DNA of 64,000 nucleotides from Lama glama (lineage: Eukaryota), in NCBI GenBank assembly GCA_028534125.1, contig CM052817.1, positions 62,498,001 to 62,562,000 of the forward strand, read 5' to 3'. Position 1 is the first letter of the stretch. Each line of letters starts with the position of its first letter. Both the position numbers and the translations under genes were made by a program. This document shows positions 12,848 through 25,932 of this stretch, in pieces. The notes below the pieces were generated by a model that was not told the DNA's origin, did not search any database, and saw only the letters and a list, made by a program, of their open reading frames with translations.

Positions 12848-13419
12848 CAGATAAACTGATCGTTTTAGATTTATCAGAGATTCTGAAGGCATTCTAACTT
12901 ACTTGCCAGCTTTGTCTTAGAAGGGAAACATAATTAGGAACTGGGCATTTCCAGTTTCAGCAGTTTACTACCGGATAAATTTCAGTCATTTTCTCTGGAA
13001 CCAACAGATTAGAAAATGATATAGTTGATTCATGTAATGTACTTTAAAATATTTGACATTTATGAGAGAAGGGATGAGATAAAAAGGAACAGCAGAATAA
13101 TGTATATCCACCTTCTGTTAGACACTGTTTTGGTGGTCTCGATTTTTTCCAAGTTAACCGTCTGTTGACTTGAAAAAGAATTTCTGATTATCTGATCAGA
13201 ATAATATATTATTTTCCAAACTTCTTGCAATTAAAAAAATTAATTTTTCTCTCCTCACTTAAGCAAACTGTACTGGACTGTGCTAACATTGTCCTTCCTA
13301 AAGAAATACATATATATATCCATAAGCTTTTTTCTGTATGTCCTTTTTTTTTATCACATAGACAGTATTTATCATAAAGGGGAAAAAGAAGGTAGGACTG
13401 GCATAGGGGAGAGCATGAT

Positions 13420-13650
13420 AATAACAATGCTGATTATAACTAGATCATGTAGCACTGAGAGTTTATAAGGTATTGTCAGTTAAGTTCATTCAGTTTTCAC
13501 GAAAACTTTGTGAGAATGTCAGAACAGGTGATATAATCACCTTCTTATTTTATTTATTTATTTATTTATTTGTAGAACAAGGCTCAGGAAATTTAGGTTG
13601 AATTTTTAAATAGTAGAACTTTTTCTTGAACTTGGGTCCTCTGACTCTCT
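13420..13650 (-). mobile_element. MIR SINE with internal (TTTA)n
   Basis: ataataacaatgctga...aaggctcaggaaatttagg...cttgaacttgggtcctctgactc. Confidence 0.6.
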
Positions 13651-13869
13651 TATTTGCAATTATAAAAAGCACTTTTATTAGTAAGTCTGAACACACTTTT
13701 CCTGATAGATTATAGAATTCTCACTGTGTAGGAGTTAAGCAAGGCCCCATTCAAGTCTGGTTCAGACAAATATTTTAACACAGTTTCATGTGCTCTTAAA
13801 GATATCTTCCTATATCCCTCCCTATCAGTTCTATTCTCTTTCCAAAATATTACCAGAAAGGGAGTAGTC

Positions 13870-14060
13870 CTCTTGTCCCTTGCTGATTTCTTGTCTTATA
13901 ATATTCAGTCCATCACCCAATCCTGCTGATTCTACACTCCAAGTAGCTCTTGGATTTAACAATTTCTCTGATTTTTATGTTGCCCCCAACCTGTTCCAAA
14001 CCACCAAAATATTCTATGTAAATTTAATTCAGTAGTTTTGGCTCTGGCATGAGGCTCCCA
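13870..14060 (+). mobile_element. L2 fragment
   Basis: attcagtccatcacccaatcctgctgattctacactcc is a typical L2 3' region motif. Confidence 0.6.
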
Positions 14061-14559
14061 TCATCCTATCTTCTCTGAGAATAATGGAGATTTTTCTTTC
14101 ATGGTGAAAGTTGGAAAGTACATAACCCCAAAATCTCATACTTCCTTTCATGGAAGGGGGACTGGTCACTGGAAAATGTAGGAATCTAGGTTCTGTACCT
14201 AGAGGTAAGCACCATTAACATTATGATTTTCTGTGTATACTTCCAGATTTCTGTGTTTATGGAACACATAAGGTTTTACAAAATACAAATTGTCCTAACA
14301 TTTTTGAAAAACAGGAACAAAAAAAAAATTTTTAAATGTTTTCAAGTAGCAGCAAAAAATAAAAAACATGCTGAGATGAACAGAGTCTCTGTGATCCAGA
14401 CACAGCGCCTTTCTGGGAGTTCACTTTTGGAGGAAGCAGGCACTGAAGTGGCCCAAGTGAGGCCCCGCGTAGGTTAGGGATCTGGTAAGAAAGTACTGCA
14501 TAGAAGTGATCTAGGGAAAAGTTTCTGAAGGTGTACAAAAGCTGCAAAGAACTGGGATA

Positions 14560-15225
14560 ACTACCCAGAGCTGTGGTTTAGAAGAGCTCCTTGCTTGGAG
14601 AGAAATTTGAGAGCAGAAAAATCATCACAATTAAGAGCCAGGCCAATTGTGGGACCAACTATGAGACTTTCTGTGAGCTAGCTGTAAAGCTAAAAGAAGC
14701 AAAAATATTGTTGTTTAGAACCAGGTCCCTAAAATCTTAAACTGAAACAACAAAATATCCAGACTTGGGATGGGACAAAGAGAAAGGAAAATAAAGTTCA
14801 AAATAAACAAAAATCCAATCTGCACTAAAAATAACTTTGCAAATGAATGTTTCAAAAGAAAGGTAGAAAATTAATAAAACACAAGAGAGCTCACAAACTC
14901 AATAAATGAGAGAAGGGATTCTGAAACAATGAAAAAAAATAATTAAAATAAGCATAGTTTAAGTCCTCAGGAGGTCATAAAACAAAGCCACTTGATTATC
15001 AAGAATAAGTTGAAATTAAAATCAAGCAATTAGAAATATTAAAAATTAAATATGTATGTGCATATATATATTTAACATGTTACAAAGATACTAAGTAAAC
15101 TGGAAGACTACTTAATATAGCAATGGAGAGATCAGAAAATATACAAGATTCTATAGAGGTTCACACGATTTGAAGGATACAATTTGTGTTCTTGATCTCA
15201 TTAAAATTCTAGAGGTAGCTCTGGG
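14560..15225 (+). mobile_element. Very old L1/HAL1 ORF1-like remnant
   Basis: A-rich, coiled-coil-like decayed coding pattern (aatcaagcaattagaaatattaaaaattaaa...aaactggaagac); weak. Confidence 0.4.
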
Positions 15226-15232
15226 AAGAATC

Positions 15233-16130
15233 TTTTTTTTTTTTATTGTGGAAAAATAGACATAACATGAAAAATACCACTTTAACCATTTTAGAGTATA
15301 TAGTTCAGTGACATTGAGTATATTCATGTTGTTGTCCAGTTTTCACTGCCATCTTCTCCAGTACTTTTTCTTCTTTGCCAACTGAAATTCTTTACTCATT
15401 AAACATAATTTCCATTTCTTCCCTCCCCTAAATTCCTAGAAACCACCATTCTATTTTCTATTTCTTTGAATTTGCCTGTTCTACCTACCTAATATAAGTG
15501 GAATTATATAATATTTGTCCTTTTGTGTCGGGTTTAATTCCCTTAGCATAATATCCTCAAGGTTCATCCATGTTGTAGCATGTTTCAGAGTTTCCTTCCT
15601 TTTTATGGCTGAGAAATATACCACTGTATATATGTATCTCGTTTCATTTATCTATTCATACATCTCAGTAGATATTTGGGTTGCTTCTATTTTTCAGCCA
15701 TTGTGAATGAACCTGTGAACATTGATATACAATATCTTGTTTGAGTCCCTGCTTTCATTTTTTCTTTTTTATATGTATACCCAGAAATGGAATTGCTGGA
15801 TCATATGGTAATTCTGTGTTTAGTTCTTTGAGGAAATGCCATCCTATTTTCCACAGTGGCTGAAGCATTTTACATTCCTTCCAGTAGTGCACAAGGATTC
15901 CAATATCTTCACATCCTCACCAACATTCCCCCTCCCCGACCCTGATGGTAGCCGTCCTAAATAGGTGTGAGGGGGTATCTCATTGTGCTTTTGATTTGTA
16001 GTTCCTAATGATTAATGATGTTGAACCTCTTCTCATGTGTTTACTGGCCATCTGCATATCTTCTTTAGAGAAATGTCTATTCAAGTCTTTTGTCATTTAA
16101 AAATTGGGCTTTTGTTTGTTTATTGCTTTT
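15233..16130 (-). mobile_element. L1MA/L1MB-type 3' end (3'UTR plus ORF2 end)
   Basis: Poly-T, then ttattgtgg..aaatagacataacat..ttaaccatttt; aaggttcatccatgttgtagcatgt; cccagaaatggaattgctggatcatatggtaattct; ctcattgtgcttttgatttg. Confidence 0.93.
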
Positions 16131-16149
16131 TATTAAGAGGGGAATATAT

Positions 16150-16700
16150 TTTAAAACTTAATCAGATTATGTTGCTCCCTTGATTAAAATGCTAGCTTGA
16201 CTCCCCACAGAAATAGAATAGAAGCCTTACTTTGACTGGCATGGCACTGCTGCATGATCTAGCTTTGCTGGTTTCCAAATCTTTCACATTCTGTGTTCCC
16301 TGCACTACATCCTTCTTTCTTAGCCTGCAAACTATCAAGCTCTCCTCACCTCGAGGCATCTAGAGCTGTTGCCTCTGAGCTTGAGGGTCTTCAGTACACC
16401 TTCAAATGACTGGCTCCTTCTCGTGCTTCAGGCCTCAAATGTCATGTTATTTGGGAAGGTCTTCCACAAATATTCAATCTAAAGTAGGAACCTCACATAA
16501 ATATTTCTTCTCTTTTTTTTAAGAGGATTCACTAGTATTTTAAGTTATGTGTTCAGCTACTAATTTACTTGTTTAAATCCTGCCTCTTCCTCTAGACCAC
16601 ACACTCACTAAGTGCTAGTCATAGCAGGTTAACCCAGAGGACCTAGAGTTGTACTTGGCATCTTGTAGGTGTCAATTAAATATTTCAGAATATTTAATTC
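16150..16700 (+). mobile_element. L2 3' end
   Basis: aatcagattatgttgctcccttgattaaaa, tggctccttctcgtgcttcagg..aaatgtca, and acctagag..cttggcat..gtaggtgtcaattaaatattt tail. Confidence 0.8.
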
Positions 16701-18513
16701 AATGGTGAATCAAATTTTCTGAATATTGCTTAAATATTTCTGAATCCATGAATCCCTATGATAAGGTATGAGTTTGCGCTGTAGGCAGGGAAGAGTGGGT
16801 GATGGGATCTGAAGGGCCTCTCATCAGGTGTAGAGATGACACTGCAGTTGCTCTCTGTGTTGTAAGAAGTCTAATCTTGTTTTTTAGTAATCCATGCAGG
16901 CCATGACTAGACTCCTTTACACATTGTAACAAGCCTCAGAAAGCCCAAAGTCAGATTTTCATTAACAGATAGGGAAACAGACATTCTTCGTATTTCATAA
17001 ACTTCCATTCAAAGGACTGTAACTTTCTCCCAGCTTGAGGCCTGTTTTAAGCCGAGTTATTCTAATGGAATAACTGGGGATTAAAAGGGACAAGGGAGCC
17101 ACTGGACAGACGGTGGGCCTTAGGAAGACACCTGACCTCGGGCCATGCCTTCGTGTGAATGACAGGAGCTGCAGTTTGAACACTTTCTGTATCCCTCAAA
17201 TTCACTGTTATTTGATTAAAATATTATACCACAATGTATTACGGCAGGTTGCATCTCAAGATCTTTGATCCAATCTGAAAGTATAATTTTCTTATTTTAC
17301 AGACTGCTATGCTATGTCCTAAAACTATAACAATAAATAGTGTTGCTTCTGTCTACTGCAGTTTTTTTTTCCATTTTAAGTGAGAAAATAACCCTAGTCT
17401 ACCTTATATAATGTATTTTCAGATATGAGTAATCAAATGATTGCAAGGTACTTTTCAAGAGTTAAAAAAGATGTAACATATGTATAACAGCAAGTTTCCC
17501 TGGAGACCAGGTTAATCATACAAGAGCTTAAAGAAGCTTTATTTTTTACTTTCCATTAAAACAACAAAAACGTGTCTATCTTAATTTAAAAATACACAAA
17601 GTGGAATTATTAAGAATCCAACAAAAGCAGTAGGAACAGATCTTAGTAGACTTTATATTAGCATTATGACGTTTAAGTTCTTTTGCTATAGATAGAAATT
17701 CTTTTTTTTCCCATAACTTACAACTCCAAGCAAAGTATTTCTGGTTCAGTGTCTTAAATCTCACAGTTGATCTTCCCAGAAATGTTTAATGGAATGATTC
17801 CATATCTTGTTTTTAAAGACATTTCCACTGGTGGAGTTAATTATGCTATCTTTCATATTACTGTCTGGTTTTGCTTTAGACTGGGTTTAAAGTGATTTAA
17901 GAAAAAGGGTGACTGATTACACTGACTAATCAAAGCTTCCTAGAGAGAAGGTGGAAATCTAATAATGGCTATTTCTGCCTTCCATGCCTTCCTCTCTCAT
18001 TCCTTCCTACTTTCATGCTCTTTCACTTACACAGCTGGTTTGAAATGACCACTCTCTCCATTCCCTAATCTGTTCCTCTGATCTTCTAGTAAATGGCATT
18101 ATTCTCATGCAGCATTTTGTAAGCCCCACCCCATGACCTTCTCTGCTTCTGCAGAATGCCCTTGGACAGCCCCTGGTTATTTCATAGTCTTGCATTTGAC
18201 TGATTTAGTATTGTCATGTGTTCCTAAATGAGATTGTCAGATATTTCAGGTATATTTCTCTTATACCACATAATATACTTTTAAATAAAATTGAATGTTG
18301 TTCAGTGTTTAACATTTGCCACAAAATAAAGACTTTATAGTAATGATTATGATTCATTCATATTTTATGATAAGAAAAGAATTTGGATATTTAAGAGAGG
18401 AGCTCTCATTGACCTCATCTACTTTTTCACTCCTATAGGCAGAAAGTTTCTCTTACCCCTACCATTTTTTCCAGCTGTGATTTCTTAATGTAGGTGCAAA
18501 ACTCTGCAATATA

Positions 18514-18857
18514 CAGTTGGCCCTCCATAACCCTGGATTCTGAGCCCACAGATCAATCACCCACTGATCAAAAAACATTCAGAAAAAAATTCTAGAAAGT
18601 TCTGAGAATAAAACTTGAACTTGCCATGTGCTGAGAAATATTTATATAGCATTTACATTATACTTACAACTATTTACATGGCATTTATACTGTATTAGAT
18701 ATTATAAGTAACATAGGGGTGATAAAGTATATGGGAGGAGGTACATAAGTTATATGCAAATACTATGCCATTTAACATAAGGCATTGAGCATTCTCTGAC
18801 TTTGGTGTCTGCCAGGGCCCTGGAACCAGTTCCCCATGATACAGAGGGATAACAGTG
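18514..18857 (-). mobile_element. MER2/MER2B (TcMar-Tigger) element
   Basis: ta|cagttggccctcc TIR, ttatatgcaaatactatgccattt, and ctggaaccagttccccatgatacagaggga end. Confidence 0.9.
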
Positions 18858-19384
18858 TTTATAAGAATTGATGTTTAATTGAGATATAAAATTTATTCCC
18901 AAAGAAACAACCTTGAGGAGGATAGAGAACAGTGTTGGGTTGGGCAGTAACATTGCTGTCTCCTTGTAGTAGCTGCCTTTGAGCAGATGTTTGCATTCAG
19001 TAATGTGAGGGTTATTTATATATTCATAATGGGCTAAAAATAACCTTTCATTATGCATCTTTCATCTGTGTCAGAAGGGGGTCACACAGATTTTGAAATC
19101 CTTCTTCAGAAAATCAATTTTGAGAGAGAATTATTCTAACGTGCCATTTTTATAGCATATTGGCTCCACATTCTTAACAAATAGGGATGAGAAATATCCA
19201 TCAGTGACCACAACCTTTGTTTTACCATGAAGGCTAATGCTGCTCTTTAAAGGTTTGTACAGTGACTGGGGAATAAAATCCTAAACCACAAGACAGTGCT
19301 TTCTAGCTTTGTAATTCAGTTGCAAAACTTTCCTCCCAAAATGTCGGGACCACTTTGGAGTTGTTTAATCTGTCTGATAATAGT

Positions 19385-19800
19385 TGTTCCACTCAGGTTC
19401 CCTAAGAAGCAGACTCTGAAAGGGAGATCAACCTGCAGAAGGCTGTTGAGGAGTTCTCTTAGAAGTTGCACCTGTCTGGAAAGTGGAGGAAAATGACTTT
19501 GGCAGAGGGAGATGTTGAACTGAGGTGCAGTCACAAAAAAGTCCCCAGAGAGCCAAGCCAGAAGGAACTCTGGAGCTGGGGGTTCTCTGCCACGGTATCA
19601 CAGTTTGGTGCAAGGAGGTCAGGCTTTTATTCCTCTATGGTGATCAGTCACTGGATTTGGGCTGTCCAGGGAAGTGGGCATAAACTTGGGCAAAATGACT
19701 CTCTTCAGACTTTCAGAGATGTTAGATGTCAACACTCCCAGTAATTGGGAAAATAAGTCTTTCAGTCCTAAAGGTGGGGAGCTGTGTGGTACACTGTCGA
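19385..19800 (-). mobile_element. ERVL solo LTR (LTR16 family)
   Basis: ggttccctaagaagcagactctga...ggcagagggagatgttgaactg...gatcagtcactgga...aataagtctttcagtcctaaagg. Confidence 0.82.
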
Positions 19801-22377
19801 CCCCTGAAAATTGTCTTAGAAAAGGAAAAATATATAAAATAAGAATATATTAATAATACATACTAATATAATATATCATCTATGTAATTGTCTATATACT
19901 TATTTTATATTTTCTTCCAATTATGAGAAATTTTGTTTTTAGAAAGAACCCCCAAAAGTCATAAGTGATAAATTATCCTTATTATCAAATTGAGAGTCTA
20001 CATAGACAATGACAGTCATTGGTACTTCCCAATTCATGAATTTGGACTGAAATAACATTGATAGCAATAGGACCCACATCTAATCTACTTTATGTTTTCA
20101 TCAGTGTTCTAAATGTTCACATTGCTGTTGATCTTGAATTTACAACTAGTAAGTTTTTTCTATTTACGGAATAATAATATTTAGAAAAACAGAACATTTT
20201 AGTTGTGTATGAACTTGTTGAGCCAAGATAATTTATATCCTCATAATATCATTTACAAAATGAAAAAATTAACAATCTTTAAAAAACAAACAAAGAACAA
20301 TCTTCAAAAAAAAAAATAAAGACCAAGTGAAGGTGGATATCTGTTGCCTAAAAACTGTTAGGAGGACAGATTGCAGGGAGCAAAGTGAAGTAGGATGCGA
20401 AGAGCTATTACACTGAACAGAAATACGTATATCCATGTATACCTGTCTGTGAATAAGCAGATATAACATAAGCACATACATGGATGTTTGTATGTCTATC
20501 TGTGTATAAAAGTGGAAGAAATTGCCCTGAAATTATCATTATAATACCAAAAAAATTATCTGGCCAAGACATCACGATAATTTTTATTTTCTGTATTTCT
20601 TTTATTTTTCTAAAAAATTATCTATCTATCTACCTACCTACCTACCTGTCAAGTGGATACACATCATATGTGTTCCTTGGGTCACATTATATAGGAAAGC
20701 TAGCAAAGAATCAAGTCACTCTTCTTTTCTGTTAGCTTGTGTATGCTGGAATGTGAGGTAGAAGGAACTCTGGACAGTTCTGCCAACTTGAACCAAGGGA
20801 AAGGAATAAGTTCCTTACAAAAAGTAATAAAGACCACATTTTCTTTTTATTTGCCTGTCACAGTTTTTCTTGTAGAAGATGCTTAAATGACAAAGGTGAG
20901 TGACTGAATGAGGTATTAAAATAGCTTTATGTCCTCTCCAACCCAAATGAATAGTATTTGGCTTCAGAATTTTGCTGTTGTTGGCCGTCCAGAAATAGTT
21001 TCAGTTTTTATTTTTTTTCTATTTGAAACAATGTTATTCCTTATTTACATTTTTGAACCTCCATTCAGATGTCTCTGTTTTTATTTACTTGGTTGTATTT
21101 TGAATTGTGAATTTTTATTCAATTCTGTCTTTACAAACATTATTATCAAAACATTTATCTTAAGATGTGTTTAAGAACAGAATCTCCAGATATTTCAGAA
21201 GTAGCTGAATTTTCTTTTTTCACTTTTCATGTCTTTTGTTCCTTGTCACCTAAGGAATTATTAAATGGAGCTTTTACTCTCCTGTTTTCCTCTCACTCAG
21301 CACTCCTTTGCTTCTTTCACTGATAATACTTTACAGATCAGCTTTTCATTTAGTGGAATATAGTTTTTACTGATTGATCAAACCAGCTTCCTTTGTTGCT
21401 TACTGGCGACAAGGTTAGTGATTTTGCTCACATCACTGTCAGACACAATATATTATTGAAGTTTTTAAAAAAGTATTTTCAACTATTTTTTGGCCAATTT
21501 AGAGATTGAGGGAAGGCTATAAATATATTATCATTTTGCAAAACTTCTTGCTCTAGAAGATTAGATAAACATTGAGGAGAGGCTCTCTTTCCTATTGCTT
21601 TAGGAAGTTACTTGACAGTTCTGATGAATTTTTTGCAAAAAAAAGTTCCGTGGTTGTAAAGCAGAGGGATGTCTCTTGGAAACAAAAAAGCTCATTCTGT
21701 GCTGAGACTCCAAACATGAGATTACCACCATGAGAATTCTGGTCCTCAGCTTTGTAAGCTTAAGAACTCACCTTGTCTTTTTCCTAAATTCAATTAGATT
21801 CTGGGATTCTTGGATTTCTAAGGGTCATAGGAGATCTACTATATATGTCATAAGCGTCTGTGTCTAACTCACAGTGAGAATCTTATGAAGTGGAAGGACT
21901 ACTCACATAGTTCAATATGAAAACTTTCTCCCTGTAGCATGCCGAATATCAGTGGATTATTGGGTGATTATAAAATCAGTACACTGTGAAAAACCAGAAT
22001 TTTCAGTGGTTTTAGGTTAAGATAGCTCCTAAGTTCATTTTCCCAAAAGGCATGTCCTTACCAATATAATTCTACCTTTTGATATTCCTGATAAACTTTT
22101 CCTCTTTCCTGCATAGTTCTTGAAAGAACACTGTGCCTTCTATGACTCTCCATTTTCTATTCTTCCTTTAATCATTAGCACTTTTTCTAGTGGATAAATG
22201 CTTTCTCTATAGATACTATGGCTTCGTTAAGGTATAGTCACCTCTTGGTCCCAATACCTTATGTGTCAATTTTTAGTTTAACTTTCAGAAGATAATATCC
22301 TATCGCAAATCCCAAGCATCACTTTTTGTTTCCCAGTGATCTGCTTAATAACGCCAATAATGTTTAACCTGCTAGTT

Positions 22378-22552
22378 TTACCATGGTTTGTCAACCCTGT
22401 GTACATATAGGAATCACCTGTAGAAAATGTAAAAATACAGATACTTGGGACCCATGCCATTCTAACTAACTAAATTTGAATCTCAAAGTGAAGTGGGGAG
22501 TATATTTTGTAAAATATCTTTGATAAACCACCATGGTTTTAAACCACTAGTT
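22378..22552. mobile_element. MER5-like hAT-Charlie element
   Basis: gaatcacctgtagaaaatgtaaaaatacagatacttgggaccc and terminal ggttttaaaccactag. Confidence 0.7.
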
Positions 22553-23029
22553 TATACACTTGACTCAACTATAAAGGTATATGATTTTCTGTGGGGATAA
22601 GAGGAAATCTGCTACAGTATGAAACCAACTGCTGCATTTGACATATTCCTCTCCTGACCTAAGCAATTTCCACTTCTGAGAGTTGAGTATAATAGGATCA
22701 TTATTGGGCTCTTTCTCTGTAATACACGGAAACATCATATCAACAGTGACGAAGGTTGCTGGCTGTGGGGACAGTTTTAAATACTAACAAGATCTTACCT
22801 TTACCATGAACTGACAATGTGCCACATACCAGGTAGTTTACTTCTGTGAACCCCTCTATTTATTTTATGTTTTATTTGACAGCTGTGTTTTAAGTAATAT
22901 GCATGTAACTGTACTTCATGTTTTAAACCCCTCATAATAAATAATATACTTAATTCAGAATTAAAAAGTATGTATTTACTTAAAATAAAAATGGAAGAAA
23001 TCTTCAAAAGCAGTGTGAGCTACCCTGCT

Positions 23030-23212
23030 TAGAACATGCATTCAAAGTATTCATCTGTCTCATCTCAACAACCCTAAGTGGTGAGCATTCTTTTCATCCC
23101 CATTTTACAGTAAAGTGAATGGGAACATAGTGAGATCAAGTAACTGTCCAACATACCAAAGCTCATAAATGATGAACAGATTCAAATCCTCTTAGTCTAA
23201 CTCCAGAGGCTT
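23030..23212 (-). mobile_element. MIR SINE
   Basis: caacaaccctaag...atccccattttacag...gagatcaagtaactgtccaa...gattcaaatcc...gtctaactccagagg. Confidence 0.85.
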
Positions 23213-23747
23213 CTATTTTTTTTTAAAGAAAAAAAAAATCTTCATTCATTCTTCCAAACAACTTACAGTATAAGAATGCACACTACTAGAATAACACAAC
23301 TGCAACTGTAATTCCCATATTAAGATAAAGACCTGCTAATCACACTTAACACATTACAGAAATAAAAGTTAATTTACTACACAAAATAAATTAAAATATT
23401 AAATACTAACTTTTACAGTTCAAACATATACAACAGTGAGAGTGATAAGTTCTAGAAAAAAGAAAGCATCATGTTTGTTATAGTAAAGATAATGAAAATT
23501 TGAACATTTCAGTAAGTCATTACACTAGGAAGAGGGGTTACTTAGCAGGACTCTGTGTGTGTGTGTGTGTGTCTGTATATACAGATCACTAAATCTTTCA
23601 GAAAGCCTAGTTAAATCCGTGACTAAAGAGAACAAAATCTTATGTCAGAGCATTAATCATATTCTCTATTGTCTTCCATTCACTCAATAGGCATACTGTG
23701 TAAAACAAAGCAAAACAAAAACAAGCGTGAAACAAGACAGAAGGGTT

Positions 23748-24401
23748 GGGCAACAAAATTTTAAAAAATTAACAAGTGGAACTACATCAAATTAAAAAGC
23801 CTCTGCACAGCAAGGGAAACTATCAATAAAGTGAAAAAAAAAACCCTGTGGAAGGGGAAAATATTTGCAAACCATATATCTGATAAGGGGTTGATATCCA
23901 AAACATATTAAGAACTCATAGAACTCAATAGCAAAAAAACCCCAAATAACCCAATTGAAAAATGGACAAGGACCTAAATAGACATTTCTCCGAAGAAAAT
24001 ATATGAAAGGCCAACAGGTACATGAAAAGATGCTCAACATCATAAGTCAGTAGGGAAAAGCAAATTAAAATCATAATGAGATATTATCTCACACCTATTA
24101 GAATGGCTGTCATCAAAAAGACGAGATAACAAATGCTGGTGAGGGCACACTTGTTCCCTGTTTGTAAGATTGTATATTGGTAGAGCCATTATGGAGAATG
24201 GTATGAAAAAATCTCAAAAAATTAAAAATAGAATTATTATATGATCAGAAATTCTACTTCTGGGAATATATTTAAAGGAAATGAAAAAGATTAACTGGAT
24301 AAGATATCTGCACTTCCATGTTCATAGCAGCAGCAGCATTTACAATAGCCAAGAGACAGAAACAACTTAAGTGCCTATCAAAGGATGAGTGAATAAAGAA
24401 G

Positions 24402-24451
<50 letters not shown>

Positions 24452-25030
24452 GAATATTACTTAGCCATAAAAAGAATGAAACCCTGCCATTTACAACAAT
24501 ATGGGTGGAACTTTGAAAGCATTATGCTAAGTGAAATAAGTCAGAGAGAGAGAGACAAAGATTGTATTATCTCATACATCTGTGGAATCTAAACAAACAA
24601 ACAAAAATCTCATAAAAAGGGATCAGTCTTATGATTACCAGAGGCAGAGGGTGGCAGGGCCAGGGGAGGGGAGAGCTGAATTGGAGGAAGATAGTCAAAA
24701 GGTACAAACTTCCAGTTATTAGAGTTGTAACGTACAACATGATGAATATAGCTAACACTGCTGTATCAGATATAGAAGAATTGTTAAAGAGAGTAAATCC
24801 TAAGAGTTCCCATTGCAAGTAAAAACATTTTTTCCTTTTTTCTTTCTTTTCTTTTTACTCTATCTATATGAGAAGATGAATGATAGCTGAATCTACTGCA
24901 GTAATCGTTTCACAATATATGTAAATCAAACCATTATACTGTATGCTTCAAACTTATAAGTGAGGCTTGCCAATTATTTATCAATAAAAATGAAAAAAAA
25001 TAAAACAAAAAAAGAAAAAAAAGAAAAAGC
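23748..25030 (+). mobile_element. 5'-truncated L1 (L1MA9-age, laurasiatherian type) with AATAAA and A-rich tail
   Basis: aacaagtggaactacatcaaattaaaaagc ([11 protein letters not shown]), atatttgcaaaccatatatctgataagggg, typical 3'UTR, AATAAA at 24983-24988, then A-tail. Confidence 0.95.
24404..24449. repeat. (CA)n microsatellite inside L1
   Basis: About 23 uninterrupted AC units. Confidence 0.97.
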
Positions 25031-25764
25031 AACATTTGGTTCCTTCTCTTCAGGACATATTTTCTATAGATTGCAAGCTAATACGTAATGACATTCATGA
25101 TTATATCAAAGATTTATATACACATTTATAGCTGAATATTGAGAAAGATAGGAGGCAAAAGTGTTTAATCATGAGTAGCAATAACAGAATTGGGGTTTGG
25201 ACTAGAGAAGTAGAGAAGAGGGTATCTCACTGCAGGAAAGACTGCATAGTGAGAGGTAGGGTCCAAATGCCTGTCAAGAGGGAGCAGCTAAGCCAGCTGG
25301 GTTTCTTTGGGAGGAGGTAGGGAGATAAAAGATGGATTATTTCCCTCTTGGGACTGGGTTTATATTCTGATTGAGGAGAAATCTAGGGAGGGCTACCTTT
25401 TGGCATTCTGGCTCTAATGGAAATACCCATCACAAGGGGCCCCACGAATCTGGGTCAGAAAGGGAGAACAGTATACATGAGGTTTAAAGAGAGTGCCCCT
25501 GGCTCAGTGCCTGGGAGGAGCCGGCCTCAGGGAGACTTGAGCTGCCTTCCCAGTTGTTCCCTGGCGGGATATGCTGGGCCTCCGTACTTGTGTTGTGGCT
25601 TGGCCTTGAGAGAAGCAGTCTCGCCTCAGTTTAGACAATTCCTTCAGGGCAGTTTAGGCCTTTTTGCCAGCAGTATTGATGGCAATTGGGGGAAATTGAT
25701 CGTCAGTTTCTGAAGGGGGGTCTGGGTGATGCTTCACTTTGTTCAAATATTATTCTCTGATAGA

Positions 25765-25932
25765 GGAGTTGTCCTGGGCATCAGAATTAACTAGGTTAAA
25801 AAAAAAATCTTATGTGCACTGAATCAGAATCTCTCTAAAGGAAGCCCAGATGACTGAATTTAAAAAAAAAACAAAACAAAAAACATCTTCAGAGGTAATT
25901 CTGCTGATCATCCAGGTTCAGGAACCTCTGGT
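25765..25932. mobile_element. MER5A-like element
   Basis: gcatcagaat..actgaatcagaatctct..gcccag..ggtaattctg..aggttcaggaacctctg. Confidence 0.7.
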
